Virus record (IMG/VR): IMGVR_UViG_3300047160_035018
Length of the DNA: 64,000 nt
From: an uncultured virus (IMG/VR IMGVR_UViG_3300047160_035018)
Lineage: Duplodnaviria; Heunggongvirae; Uroviricota; Caudoviricetes
Direction: 5' to 3' (one strand)
Shown: one piece after another, positions 35,055 through 43,520 of the stretch
Numbering within the stretch: the stretch's first letter is position 1
Layout: each line of letters starts with the position of its first letter
Position numbers and translations under genes: made by a program
Notes under the pieces: model-generated
What the model saw: only the letters and a program-made list of their open reading frames with translations
What the model was told of the DNA's origin: nothing
The model's database searches: none

Positions 35055-35873
35055 TCAGTTGCGCCGGGGCTGTGGCGGGTTCCAGTAGCCGGCGCGCGTT
35101 GTCCCGCCTGTTCCGCTCCCGGCACCCACGCTGAGTAGCGCCACCGACGGCTTGCGGGACTGGAGGTAACCGGCATCGGCGAAGGCGTCGGTCGTGCCCG
35201 TACCCGTGTCGGCATCGAGCGCGGCCGAGCTCGCAAGCTCGAGGGCGATGCCGCCTGCGCCCACGGCGCCCGTCCAGCTCGCCGATGGCGTCGTGTCTGC
35301 CGTGTCGTTCCGCCAGAAGGTCGCCGTGTTCACCGCGGCGGCCGCGGCGACCTGCGTGAGCGCCGTCTGCCCAGCCTCGGGCGTGATCGTCGCGGTGCCG
35401 AGGATCGCGACCGCGCAAAACGAGCCGTTCTGCGAGCGATCGTAGGCAGCGAGTGTGACCGCCAGCGACGTCGCTGCATCGGCATGGTTCGTCGGCTGCT
35501 GGATGATCGCGGCCTTGCCGTTCGTGCCGAAGAGGGTCCCGGTGTACGCGACCTCGGAGATGGAGCAGTCGAGTTGGTTCACGCCGGCGAAGTCGGCCGT
35601 CACGTTCGAGGCGTCATCGGCCGTGGCGTACGAGACGAAGACCGTCAGCCGCGCGGTCGGCGCCGCGATGGTGCCGAATGTGACCGTGGCTTTCTGCACC
35701 CAGGTCAGGCCGCGGCCCGAGAGCGTCGGCGTGTCCGGCGTCGCCGCCTTGACGTTCGTAACGACGACGATGATCTCGTCGCCCGCGAGGACCTGCCATG
35801 CGGTCCCCGCGTACGAGCTCGCGGCGGACCCGGAGGCCGTCGTCTGTGTCGCTCTGGCCACCATGAACGCCAT
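35055..35873 (-). CDS. Ala/Thr-rich beta protein (putative spike component)
   Basis: AGDEIIVVV..GLTW pattern similar to the domains of 6956-8902. Confidence 0.75.
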   Translation of the reverse strand: MAFMVARATQTTASGSAASSYAGTAWQVLAGDEIIVVVTNVKAATPDTPTLSGRGLTWVQKATVTFGTIAAPTARLTVFVSYATADDASNVTADFAGVNQLDCSISEVAYTGTLFGTNGKAAIIQQPTNHADAATSLAVTLAAYDRSQNGSFCAVAILGTATITPEAGQTALTQVAAAAAVNTATFWRNDTADTTPSASWTGAVGAGGIALELASSAALDADTGTGTTDAFADAGYLQSRKPSVALLSVGAGSGTGGTTRAGYWNPPQPRRN

Positions 35874-35876
35874 CGG

Positions 35877-36056
35877 TCACTCCGTCGGCATCCGGCCCGG
35901 GCCCGGGTTCCAGGGGATGATGACCACGCTCACCTGGCCGCCGAGGATCAAAATGAAGTCGGTATCCGGGGTCGCGGTACCCACGTCGGAGGACAGGGTG
36001 GAGGTCACGAAGCTCTCGATGATGCCGTCCAGCACATCGCCGTCTACCGTCGCCAT
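35877..36056 (-). CDS. Small acidic protein (59 aa, not in ORF track)
   Basis: MATVDGDVLDGIIESF...IIPWNPGPGRMPTE; fills the operon gap. Confidence 0.6.
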   Translation of the reverse strand: MATVDGDVLDGIIESFVTSTLSSDVGTATPDTDFILILGGQVSVVIIPWNPGPGRMPTE

Positions 36057-36072
36057 GGCATCACCAGTGGCA

Positions 36073-37104
36073 TCACGCGATTACCGGCACGGAGCCTTCC
36101 CAGGGCCACACGAAGTCGTCGAACTGAGCGAACTGGCGCGACGTGTCGTTCGGGTAGGTGTCGCCCGTGTTGACCCCGGCGCTGCCGACCCAGAGATCGA
36201 AGAGCTGGCCGTGCCGGCCGATGGACCCGGCGTTGAGACCCGTCACGCCGAGCGGGCCGAGCGGGAATGCCCCGGTGAGATCGCTGGCGACCGGGACCGC
36301 GATGCCGACCGGTTGGTAAACCGAAGTCACGAACCCTTCCTCGGTGACGCCGAACTGGACGGGTTGCCCATCCTCCAGCGAGCCCGTCGGACCGCGGGCC
36401 CAGATCGGATCGTAGTTCGAGCCCGGATACCAGTTCACGATGCTACCGGCCAGCTTGGCCGGCGACCCGCCGCCCCCGACCCCGATGCCACCGATGAGGG
36501 TCGGCGGCGAGAAGGAGGGGAACTTCAGCGTGTCGTAGTTCATGAACTGGGCGAGTACGAAGCCCGAGTCCAAGCTCATGTGCCGCGCGCACTGCCCATC
36601 GGTCGACTGCCAGATGTTGACCACGGATTGCGACGACACCGAGATCCCATCGACCCAGTAGATCACCCCGCCGGCGATGTCGTTCACGATGGCGTCAGAC
36701 GGCGTGGCCGGGGGCGTGGTCGTGGTGCCACCCGTGAAGCCGACGCTCGGCGAGATCACGAAGCCGTTTCCCGCGAAGTTCCAGAGTTGACCCTTGCCTT
36801 GGCCACAGGTCACGAGCAACTGTGCGCCCGTCGTTCGGTTCTTGAGCACGATCCAGGACCGTGGCGAGCCGCTGCCCGCGAACTTGATGTCCGAGTCCGA
36901 GGACCAGCGGTCAACACCATCGCCGGCCGTGCCGGCGACCGTACCGTTGCACGAGTACCAGACGTCCCAGCCACCGCTGGCGAACCCGACGAAGGCGTTC
37001 TTGACCGTCCGGTAGGCACGCTCCGCCTGGGTACCCGAGCCGACGGACAAGGGGACCACGTTGTTCGCGGATACCTGCCAGATTTTGTCCAGCGGGATGC
37101 TCAT
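36073..37104 (-). CDS. Putative spike/vertex protein, paralog 3
   Basis: YSCNGTVAGTAGDGVDRW, GFTGGTTT, QSTDG, GRHG, TYPNDTSRQ. Confidence 0.8.
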   Translation of the reverse strand: MSIPLDKIWQVSANNVVPLSVGSGTQAERAYRTVKNAFVGFASGGWDVWYSCNGTVAGTAGDGVDRWSSDSDIKFAGSGSPRSWIVLKNRTTGAQLLVTCGQGKGQLWNFAGNGFVISPSVGFTGGTTTTPPATPSDAIVNDIAGGVIYWVDGISVSSQSVVNIWQSTDGQCARHMSLDSGFVLAQFMNYDTLKFPSFSPPTLIGGIGVGGGGSPAKLAGSIVNWYPGSNYDPIWARGPTGSLEDGQPVQFGVTEEGFVTSVYQPVGIAVPVASDLTGAFPLGPLGVTGLNAGSIGRHGQLFDLWVGSAGVNTGDTYPNDTSRQFAQFDDFVWPWEGSVPVIA

Positions 37105-38132
37105 CCGAGCCTCGCGATCACGCCGTTCCAGGGCTGGAGCGTGTTGCCCCAGACCATCCACTGCCTCGAGTCGTCCTCGGGGTAGGTATTGCCCGTCGTG
37201 TTTGTCTTCGACACGAACCAGAAGTCAAAGACCCGGCCGTGACGACCTCTGACCGGGGCCTGGGAGCAGGCGATCCCGGCCGGGAACAGCGGCCAGGTCT
37301 GATCGAACTGGTTCGGCGACGTGAGGAGGTTTCCGAGCACGTCTTCGTCAGCGCCGCCCGGGTGATAGCTTCCCTCCGCCGTCATGACGACCTGGACGTT
37401 GGAGCCGTTGATCCGCGACCAGAGCGGTAGCGTGGTCACGAGGTCCGTGTTGAGTTGGCCGTAAACCGGAGCCTCGTTGGCATTTCCCTTGGCCATGGCG
37501 ATGAACGGAAGCGTCCATGTGCTGACCGGGGCCAGCGGCACATCAAACATCCAGTAGCCGCTCATGAGGTTATTCCAGGCGATGCCCACTCTCGTGCACT
37601 GCCCGTCGGTCGACTGGAGCGTGTGCACAACCGCGGTGAAGTCTGCCGACGCCGTGGCCCCGTTCCAGAGGCCGGCACTGTTCGTCGACGACCCGTTCGT
37701 GATGACGAGTTCGTCGGTTGCCGTCGGGCGCGCGGTGGTCGTGCCACCCGTGAAGCCGGCCGAGACCGAGACCACCACCGTCAGCCCCTGTTCGATGGCC
37801 GCCGAGAACCCGGACTCCTTGCAGTCGATGCAGATCTGGAAGTTCGAGTGGAGGCCGGCCTGCTTGAGGACGGTCCAACTGTGGGCGGCGCTCGCGCTGG
37901 TCCAGACCATGTTCGCGTCACTCAGCCAGCGGTCGACGCCATCACCGGCCGTGCCGGCGGTCACGGAGTCACACGAGTAGAGGCAGGTCCAAGCGTTCTG
38001 GGCGAACCCGAGGAGAAGGTTCTTCAGCGTGCGGAGGAGACGCTTCTCGGTGGCCGACGCCGAACCCTGGGCGTACACGAACTGGTTCACCTGGTGCTGC
38101 CAGAGCTTCAGGTTCACCGGGGACGCCATCAC
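37101..38132 (-). CDS. Putative spike/vertex protein, paralog 2
   Basis: YSCDSVTAGTAGDGVDRW, GFTGGTTT, QSTDG, GRHG, TYPEDDSRQ. Confidence 0.8.
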   Translation of the reverse strand: MMASPVNLKLWQHQVNQFVYAQGSASATEKRLLRTLKNLLLGFAQNAWTCLYSCDSVTAGTAGDGVDRWLSDANMVWTSASAAHSWTVLKQAGLHSNFQICIDCKESGFSAAIEQGLTVVVSVSAGFTGGTTTARPTATDELVITNGSSTNSAGLWNGATASADFTAVVHTLQSTDGQCTRVGIAWNNLMSGYWMFDVPLAPVSTWTLPFIAMAKGNANEAPVYGQLNTDLVTTLPLWSRINGSNVQVVMTAEGSYHPGGADEDVLGNLLTSPNQFDQTWPLFPAGIACSQAPVRGRHGRVFDFWFVSKTNTTGNTYPEDDSRQWMVWGNTLQPWNGVIARLG

Positions 38133-39151
38133 GCCACCTGCGCAATCACCCCGTTCCAGGGGTGGAGGAAGTTCCCGTGCACGACGAACTGCCGGCTCGC
38201 GTCGGCCGGGTACGTGTCGCCCGGACCGTTCGTCGTCGAGACGGCCCAGGTGTCGATGGCGAGCCCGTGCCGGCCCCGGTTCGCCGTGGTCTCGGACTCG
38301 TAGCCCATCGGGGTGACCGGGTAGTTTCCGTCGAGATCGTTGGCGACGGTCTGCCTCTGGCCGATGGTCTGGCCGCCACAGCCCTCGGTGGTCCAGACGA
38401 GGTTCATGGCCGACGCTCCGAGGGCGTGGTGCTTGCGCTGGCTGTCCGTCGTCAGCGCGACGAGGTTGGCATAGGTCGGGAAGTCAGCGGTGTTGTTGCC
38501 GGTGGACTTCACGAGCCCGACCACCGATGGCGCCGGCCAGCCCGACACGGGGCTCGAGGCGAGCTCCAGACACCACAGCGCGGGCGCGGCGCTGTTCGCG
38601 TACCAGAGGACGCGGGTCACGGCACCGTCGGTCGACTGCATGACGTTCATGACGTCGACGACGCCGTTCGCCGGGAGTGGGTTCCAGCCCTTGTAGGTGC
38701 CGCTCGCCACTGTCACGTCGGTGCCGAGCGCCAAGGTCACCTGGTCCGCCGCCGTCGGCGTCGCCGTCGTCGTGCCGCCGGTGAAGCCGGCGCTGGGGCT
38801 CATGCGGACCGTCAGGCCATCGCCGTTCCCCGACGTCACGCAGGCAATGCAGATCTGGAAGCCGGCGCCGACCCCGGTCTGCGCGAGGACGACCCAGGAG
38901 TGCGCCGTGCCCTCGGCCGTCGCCCAGACGACATCCGAGTCAGCGGCCCAGTGGTCGACGCCATCGCCCGCCGAGCCCGCCACCGTGCCATTGCAGGAGT
39001 AGCCCATGGCCCAGGGCGCCTGGCCGAAGCCGATGAGCTTGTTCTTGAGGGCGCGGAGCCGGGTCTTCTGCTGGTTGACGGGCGTGGCACCGGTCAGGAC
39101 GGCGTTGTTCACGTTGAACTGGTAGGTCTTCTGTGGCGTCGGGATCGCCAT
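38129..39151 (-). CDS. Putative spike/vertex protein, paralog 1
   Basis: YSCNGTVAGSAGDGVDHW, GFTGGTTT, QSTDG, GRHG, TYPADASRQ. Confidence 0.8.
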   Translation of the reverse strand: MAIPTPQKTYQFNVNNAVLTGATPVNQQKTRLRALKNKLIGFGQAPWAMGYSCNGTVAGSAGDGVDHWAADSDVVWATAEGTAHSWVVLAQTGVGAGFQICIACVTSGNGDGLTVRMSPSAGFTGGTTTATPTAADQVTLALGTDVTVASGTYKGWNPLPANGVVDVMNVMQSTDGAVTRVLWYANSAAPALWCLELASSPVSGWPAPSVVGLVKSTGNNTADFPTYANLVALTTDSQRKHHALGASAMNLVWTTEGCGGQTIGQRQTVANDLDGNYPVTPMGYESETTANRGRHGLAIDTWAVSTTNGPGDTYPADASRQFVVHGNFLHPWNGVIAQVA

Positions 39152-39157
39152 GGTCCC

Positions 39158-39544
39158 CTACGAGTCGTCGAAGCTCGTCGCGGTGAGCTCGGTGACGATC
39201 ACCGAGGTCTGGACCGCGGCCCAGACGTAGAGGCTGTTCTCACCCGGCCGCTCGACGTCGATGCGCCATGGCACGTTGGCCGGGATCCGGTGGTAGCCCG
39301 GCCCCGACCCGGCCGATGTCGGATCGACGGGGAGGGTCACGACGACGCCCGCTGACTTCAAGGAGTGAACGGCCTGGCAGGCGTAGATGTCACCCGAGGC
39401 CGTGACGACGAAGCTCTTGGACTTGCCGAGGGAGCCGTCGGCGTTTAGCGCCACCAGCACGAACTCGGTCCATGTCGTGGCGGCGAGGATCTGGAGGTGC
39501 GCCGAGCCGATCTTGGACGTGCCGTACTCGCCAAAGAGGCTCAT
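39158..39544 (-). CDS. Small beta-sandwich protein (penton-like candidate)
   Basis: 128 aa, all-beta pattern, lies between capsid candidates and spikes. Confidence 0.6.
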   Translation of the reverse strand: MSLFGEYGTSKIGSAHLQILAATTWTEFVLVALNADGSLGKSKSFVVTASGDIYACQAVHSLKSAGVVVTLPVDPTSAGSGPGYHRIPANVPWRIDVERPGENSLYVWAAVQTSVIVTELTATSFDDS

Positions 39545-40005
39545 CCCTTCCTCCAGCCGAGCGGCGGCCCGGCGAGACCCGTTCTGCCGCTCGTACCGTC
39601 CGGCCCGCCGGCGAGGTAGGCCTCGAGCTCGATGTAGACGACGCTGAAGCTGGCCCAGACGAGCTGGCCCGGCCCGCCCCACGGGACCTTCGTGTCGACA
39701 CTGGCCATGCCGTAGAGCGTCTGGTCGCAGTTGAGCTCCCAGTGGAAGGGCTGGCCCACGCCGACGACCTCGACCTCGGAGAGGTAGTTTCCGATGGCCG
39801 GGTTCCCCTGGAACGCGGAGGGCACGATGCCCAGCATGGCGTAGGCGCCGGCCGCACCGAGGATCCGGCCGCGAATGACGGCGCGCGCCCCCTTGGGCGT
39901 CACGGCGAGCGGGATGGGCCCGCCGGTCTTGTCGTACGAGACGAGCTGGTTTCTGGCCTGGAGGACCAGCGTCTTGCCGTACGACTGGAGGTCGAGGACG
40001 TCCAC
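39541..40005 (-). CDS. Beta-sandwich putative minor capsid protein
   Basis: GTG start, 154 aa, all-beta pattern. Confidence 0.6.
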   Translation of the reverse strand: MDVLDLQSYGKTLVLQARNQLVSYDKTGGPIPLAVTPKGARAVIRGRILGAAGAYAMLGIVPSAFQGNPAIGNYLSEVEVVGVGQPFHWELNCDQTLYGMASVDTKVPWGGPGQLVWASFSVVYIELEAYLAGGPDGTSGRTGLAGPPLGWRKG

Positions 40006-40015
40006 GGGCCCTCGC

Positions 40016-40510
40016 TCAGGTGATGAGGAGCGAGCCCTGTAAGCCGAGCTCGAAGCGGACGTTGGCCGCATTCGCGAGCGGCACGAGGTTCGTGACCTCG
40101 ACGACGAAGCCGTTCTGCCGCTCGAGGTAGAGCGGGTAGTCGAAGGACCAGATCTTGTTTTCCTTCTCCACGAGCTCGGACAGGCGCGTCGAGACGAGGG
40201 TCATGTCGCGCGAGTCCGAGAGGAGCTTGATCTTGACCTTCACGAGGTGGAGGATGTCGCCGATGTTCGGGTCGGGGATGGGATTGAGACTCCCGTCGAG
40301 GCACGCCACCGCCGGGATCATGCGGAGGACCTCGAACGGCAGATCCAGCGAATGGATGAACGACCCGTCGGGGAAGACGGTGGGCGCCGCCGCGGCCGCG
40401 AGCGTCATGTCCGACGCGACGATGTAGGGCTTCCGGGCCTTGATGTCGAAGGTCTTCGCCAGCGGCGAAAAGTAGCTCTTCGGCAGTTGGAGAAGCGTGA
40501 TGGCGCTCAT
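40016..40510 (-). CDS. Putative second (small) jelly-roll capsid protein
   Basis: 164 aa; LPFEVLRM..VKVKIK..YPLYL..FVVEVTN..FELGLQG strand pattern; AGGAGG RBS. Confidence 0.6.
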   Translation of the reverse strand: MSAITLLQLPKSYFSPLAKTFDIKARKPYIVASDMTLAAAAAPTVFPDGSFIHSLDLPFEVLRMIPAVACLDGSLNPIPDPNIGDILHLVKVKIKLLSDSRDMTLVSTRLSELVEKENKIWSFDYPLYLERQNGFVVEVTNLVPLANAANVRFELGLQGSLLIT

Positions 40511-40545
40511 CCCGTGGTGTCCTCCTTGTCCGAGGACACCACGGG
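40511..40545 (-). promoter_or_regulatory. Perfect 14-bp hairpin overlapping the RBS of 40016-40510
   Basis: CCCGTGGTGTCCTC (40511-24) / GAGGACACCACGGG (40532-45). Confidence 0.75.
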
Positions 40546-40569
40546 GCGAGGATTCCGTCGAAGAACGGG

Positions 40570-41277
40570 CTAGTTCACCTGGCGCTTGATGAGGCCGACC
40601 TTCATCCACCGGTGGTCGACGAAGTTGAGGTTCTTCGTCGTGTCCGTGGGCGCGTCCAGCGCGGGCTGGCTGATCGACAGGGCGATCTGCGGCGAGAGGT
40701 TGAGGACATAGCCCAGACCCTCGCGCTCCCAGATCGGGAGCACCATCGCCACGCGCTCACGCACGGACGGCGGGCCGAGCGACACGGACTCGCGCGCGGT
40801 CTGCGTGCCCTGCCAGTAGATCCCGCCACCGCCGGGGTAGTCGCGCGGCAGGCCCTGGGAATACGACTTCGCGTTGTACTTGTACTCCGCGAAGAGGCGC
40901 CGATCGAGGTTGAAGAGCGTCTGCTGGGACAGCGGGTCCGAGTAGTCGGTGAGGAGCGGGTTCGTGTTCGAGCCCGAGGTGCGGGTCGCCCGCATCCCCT
41001 GGTTCGCGATGGAGTAGACGTAGAACTCCATCGACTGCGGCAGGCCGTTGTCGCCCTGGCGCGGGATGTTGGTGTCCACCTTGGTCATGTTGCGGTTGCC
41101 GCCCGGCACGGGCTGCGAGCCCGCCGCCGAGAAGACGCTGATGTCCGCCGTGTCACCGTCCTGCCACTCGCAGGTGCCCCAGTGCCACGAATCGATCCAG
41201 TCGACCAACTGGAGGACGCGCCCGTCCTCGGTCTGAATGGTGGTGCTGCCCGGTGCGACGCCAACGTAACCCGCCAT
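40570..41277 (-). CDS. Putative major capsid protein (single jelly-roll type)
   Basis: 235 aa; strong GAGGAGG RBS; TKVDTNI..G..GLP..EFYVYSI and LPIW..GYVLNL strand pattern; heads the structural cluster; fold is inferred. Confidence 0.62.
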   Translation of the reverse strand: MAGYVGVAPGSTTIQTEDGRVLQLVDWIDSWHWGTCEWQDGDTADISVFSAAGSQPVPGGNRNMTKVDTNIPRQGDNGLPQSMEFYVYSIANQGMRATRTSGSNTNPLLTDYSDPLSQQTLFNLDRRLFAEYKYNAKSYSQGLPRDYPGGGGIYWQGTQTARESVSLGPPSVRERVAMVLPIWEREGLGYVLNLSPQIALSISQPALDAPTDTTKNLNFVDHRWMKVGLIKRQVN

Positions 41278-41319
41278 GGTGTGTCCTCCTCGTTCGAGCC
41301 CGCGCCGTTTTCCTTCATC

Positions 41320-41360
41320 AAGAAAGACCGCCCGGCCCCGGCGCACGTTCCCGGGCGGTC
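41320..41360 (-). terminator. Terminator-like hairpin upstream of the capsid gene
   Basis: GACCGCCCGG (41326-35) / CCGGGCGGTC (41351-60), followed by TTTCTT on the minus strand. Confidence 0.55.
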
Positions 41361-41375
41361 ATCACAGAACCGGGA

Positions 41376-41903
41376 CTAGCCCGGGACCGAGGTATGGCCG
41401 TAGCGGGCCGCGAGCGGCGAGACCGGGGGGCCGCCCATGAGCTGCAGGCTCCGCCGCGAGTCGGCGAGGCCGTTCATGCCCATCTGGCCGTTCATCGGCT
41501 GGGCCTGGATCATGCCGAGCCCGTTCATGCCGGCCGAGATCCGGGGGATCTGCTGGAACTGGACCCCCGAGTAGTGGCCGGTCGTGCCCGCGGACATGTA
41601 CGCCTCGATGGTGCGGAGGCCGTTTCCGAGGAGCCCCGACGCGATCGCGACCCAGCCCGCGTGCCGCGTGCCCTTGAAGGCGGCCATGACGCCGCCGGCG
41701 GCCACGGCGACGCCGAGGCCGAGGAGCTCCGAGTTCTTGACCGACATCGAGCCGAAGGACCGGCCGCCGATGGCCGCCAGCGTGCCGGCGCCGACGCCGA
41801 CCGCGGCGCCCCAGAGCGCGCCGAGCCCCTGCGGGTCGCCGTACTCGTCCAGACCGAAGATGTCCACGTCGTCGTAGCCGCGGCCGAGATCGTTTTCGCT
41901 CAT
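41376..41903 (-). CDS. Gly-rich multi-TM membrane protein (putative major virion membrane protein)
   Basis: GYDDVDIFG..QGLGA leader; three hydrophobic segments; MNGLG/MNGQMG/MNGLA tail. Confidence 0.75.
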   Translation of the reverse strand: MSENDLGRGYDDVDIFGLDEYGDPQGLGALWGAAVGVGAGTLAAIGGRSFGSMSVKNSELLGLGVAVAAGGVMAAFKGTRHAGWVAIASGLLGNGLRTIEAYMSAGTTGHYSGVQFQQIPRISAGMNGLGMIQAQPMNGQMGMNGLADSRRSLQLMGGPPVSPLAARYGHTSVPG

Positions 41904-41929
41904 CTCTCTCTCCTCTCGTAGAGCGGCTC

Positions 41930-42109
41930 TCAGCCGCACCGAACGCTGTTCTTCTGGAACTTCCAGCGGCCGCGCGAGCCCTTGCAGAGCTCGATCGTGC
42001 AGCCACGCTTGCCGCCGTGCTTGACCCGCTTGCACGACTCGCCCTCGCCCATGCCGCGCGACTTCTTCTTGCGCCGGCGCGGGCCCTCGATGGTGTAGAC
42101 GACGGCCAT
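41930..42109 (-). CDS. Small basic Cys protein (59 aa, not in ORF track)
   Basis: MAVVYTIEGPRRRKKKSRGMGEGESCKRVKHGGKRGCTIELCKGSRGRWKFQKNSVRCG. Confidence 0.7.
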   Translation of the reverse strand: MAVVYTIEGPRRRKKKSRGMGEGESCKRVKHGGKRGCTIELCKGSRGRWKFQKNSVRCG

Positions 42110-42112
42110 GGC

Positions 42113-42382
42113 CTACTTCCTCCCGAAGAACCGGGCGATGAAGGTCGGCTGCTGGGTCGTCGGGCCGACCGGGACGTCGGTGGCCGGCGTCTGGCCCGGC
42201 ACTGGCTCGAGGCTCGGGACGTTGGCCGCCTGCGGTCCGTACTGGCCCGCGACCGTCGACGGGTCGCGCGTGAAGGCCCGCGCGATGGCCTCGACCTCGG
42301 CGTGGATGTCCACCGACTCCGCCGGCGGACGACGCATCCCGGTGTAGTAGATCTGGTCCGGCCTCAAGTAGTAGCGGCTCAT
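42113..42382 (-). CDS. Pro-rich hypothetical protein
   Basis: MSRYYLRPDQIYY; first gene of the structural operon. Confidence 0.6.
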   Translation of the reverse strand: MSRYYLRPDQIYYTGMRRPPAESVDIHAEVEAIARAFTRDPSTVAGQYGPQAANVPSLEPVPGQTPATDVPVGPTTQQPTFIARFFGRK

Positions 42383-42646
42383 GGCCCGAGTGGGCCACGG
42401 GCCGAACGCCTCGTCCAAGAGGCCGGTCCGTGGGTCCCTCTGGGTCCACTACGGTTCCGTGCTGAGGAGAAAAAGGTGGTCTACGCTCGGGTCGTGAAGC
42501 GGAAGAAGAGGCCCGCGCGCGGCCCAGAGCCACGGGCGGAGACGGGGACGGGAGCGAGGCCAGAGAGAGCGGAAAGAGCAGAAAGGGCGCCGCTCATTCG
42601 GGCCAGCCCCGGGGCGATCACGCTCGACGGTCCAGCGTCACCGCTC

Positions 42647-42802
42647 ATGACCGTGACCGACCTCGCCGGCTACTTGAACGTGTCGACGAAGACGATCAAG
42701 CGACTCGTCGAGACGGGGAGCGTGCCCTCGATTCGCATCGGCGACACGCACCGCTTCGACATCCACGCCGTTCGGCGCAAGATCGACGGCGGCGGAAGCT
42801 AG
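42647..42802 (+). CDS. Excisionase-like (HTH_17) DNA-binding protein
   Basis: MTVTDLAGYLNVSTKTIKRLVETGSVPSIRIG..RFD; may start upstream (GTG 42494). Confidence 0.85.
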   Translation: MTVTDLAGYLNVSTKTIKRLVETGSVPSIRIGDTHRFDIHAVRRKIDGGGS

Positions 42803-42810
42803 CGACGGTT

Positions 42811-43143
42811 CTACCGACGGCCCTGGGCGTACGCCTGCCGGTAGGCCGCGAACACCTCGTCCCAGGTCGAGCCCATCGCGAGGATCTGGACCTCGGTGCC
42901 GGCCGGGTTCGGGCGCTCGATCGAGCAGACGTTGATGCCGCCGCCACAGCCCGGACCGTGGAGGGCCGAGGCCGAGCACATGGCCTGTCCGCTCGCGTCC
43001 TTCAGGCGCTCGTAGGGGTTCGAGGGCGTGGGCTTGCCGAAGAGCGGCACGCAGTTCCGCTGACGGATGAAGACGTCGCGGCCGATCTCCTGCACCTTGG
43101 CGGCCGCCTCGTCGAGACTCATGGGTGGCTGTGGGTTGACCAT
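42811..43143 (-). CDS. Hypothetical protein
   Basis: MVNPQPP..; normal codon usage. Confidence 0.6.
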   Translation of the reverse strand: MVNPQPPMSLDEAAAKVQEIGRDVFIRQRNCVPLFGKPTPSNPYERLKDASGQAMCSASALHGPGCGGGINVCSIERPNPAGTEVQILAMGSTWDEVFAAYRQAYAQGRR

Positions 43144-43175
43144 GCCTGGAACTGTAGGACCGGGACGGCCGCGAA

Positions 43176-43520
43176 TCAACGGCCGATGTGGCGGCCGATC
43201 GCGATGCCTGCGAGGAGCGGAAGACCGAGGATGGCGGCGCCGAGGACCCAGGGCGCCCAGACGTGGTTCTCCCGATACCACACGTAGAACTTCAAGTAGG
43301 GCACCGCGGCGCTGAGTCCGATGCCGGGGCCGCTCGGGTTTGCCCCCGACGCCGACTGTTCATACTGCATGAGCTCGGTGCCGAGCTGGAGAACCTCGGG
43401 GAGCGCCGGGTCGGCGACCACGGCGCCGATGAGGGCGCCCGCCTGCCCGATGATGTCGGTGATGTCGCTGATGGGACCACCCCCGTAGTTCCCGGCACCG
43501 TAGAGCTCGACGGCGCGCAT
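43176..43520 (-). CDS. Membrane protein
   Basis: MRAVELYGAG leader; C-terminal TM. Confidence 0.7.
   Translation of the reverse strand: MRAVELYGAGNYGGGPISDITDIIGQAGALIGAVVADPALPEVLQLGTELMQYEQSASGANPSGPGIGLSAAVPYLKFYVWYRENHVWAPWVLGAAILGLPLLAGIAIGRHIGR

Noticed and set aside
36073..39151. Diversity-generating retroelement or invertible shufflon acting on the paralogs
   Set aside because: No reverse transcriptase, no adenine-specific TR/VR pair, all copies in the same orientation without inverted sites
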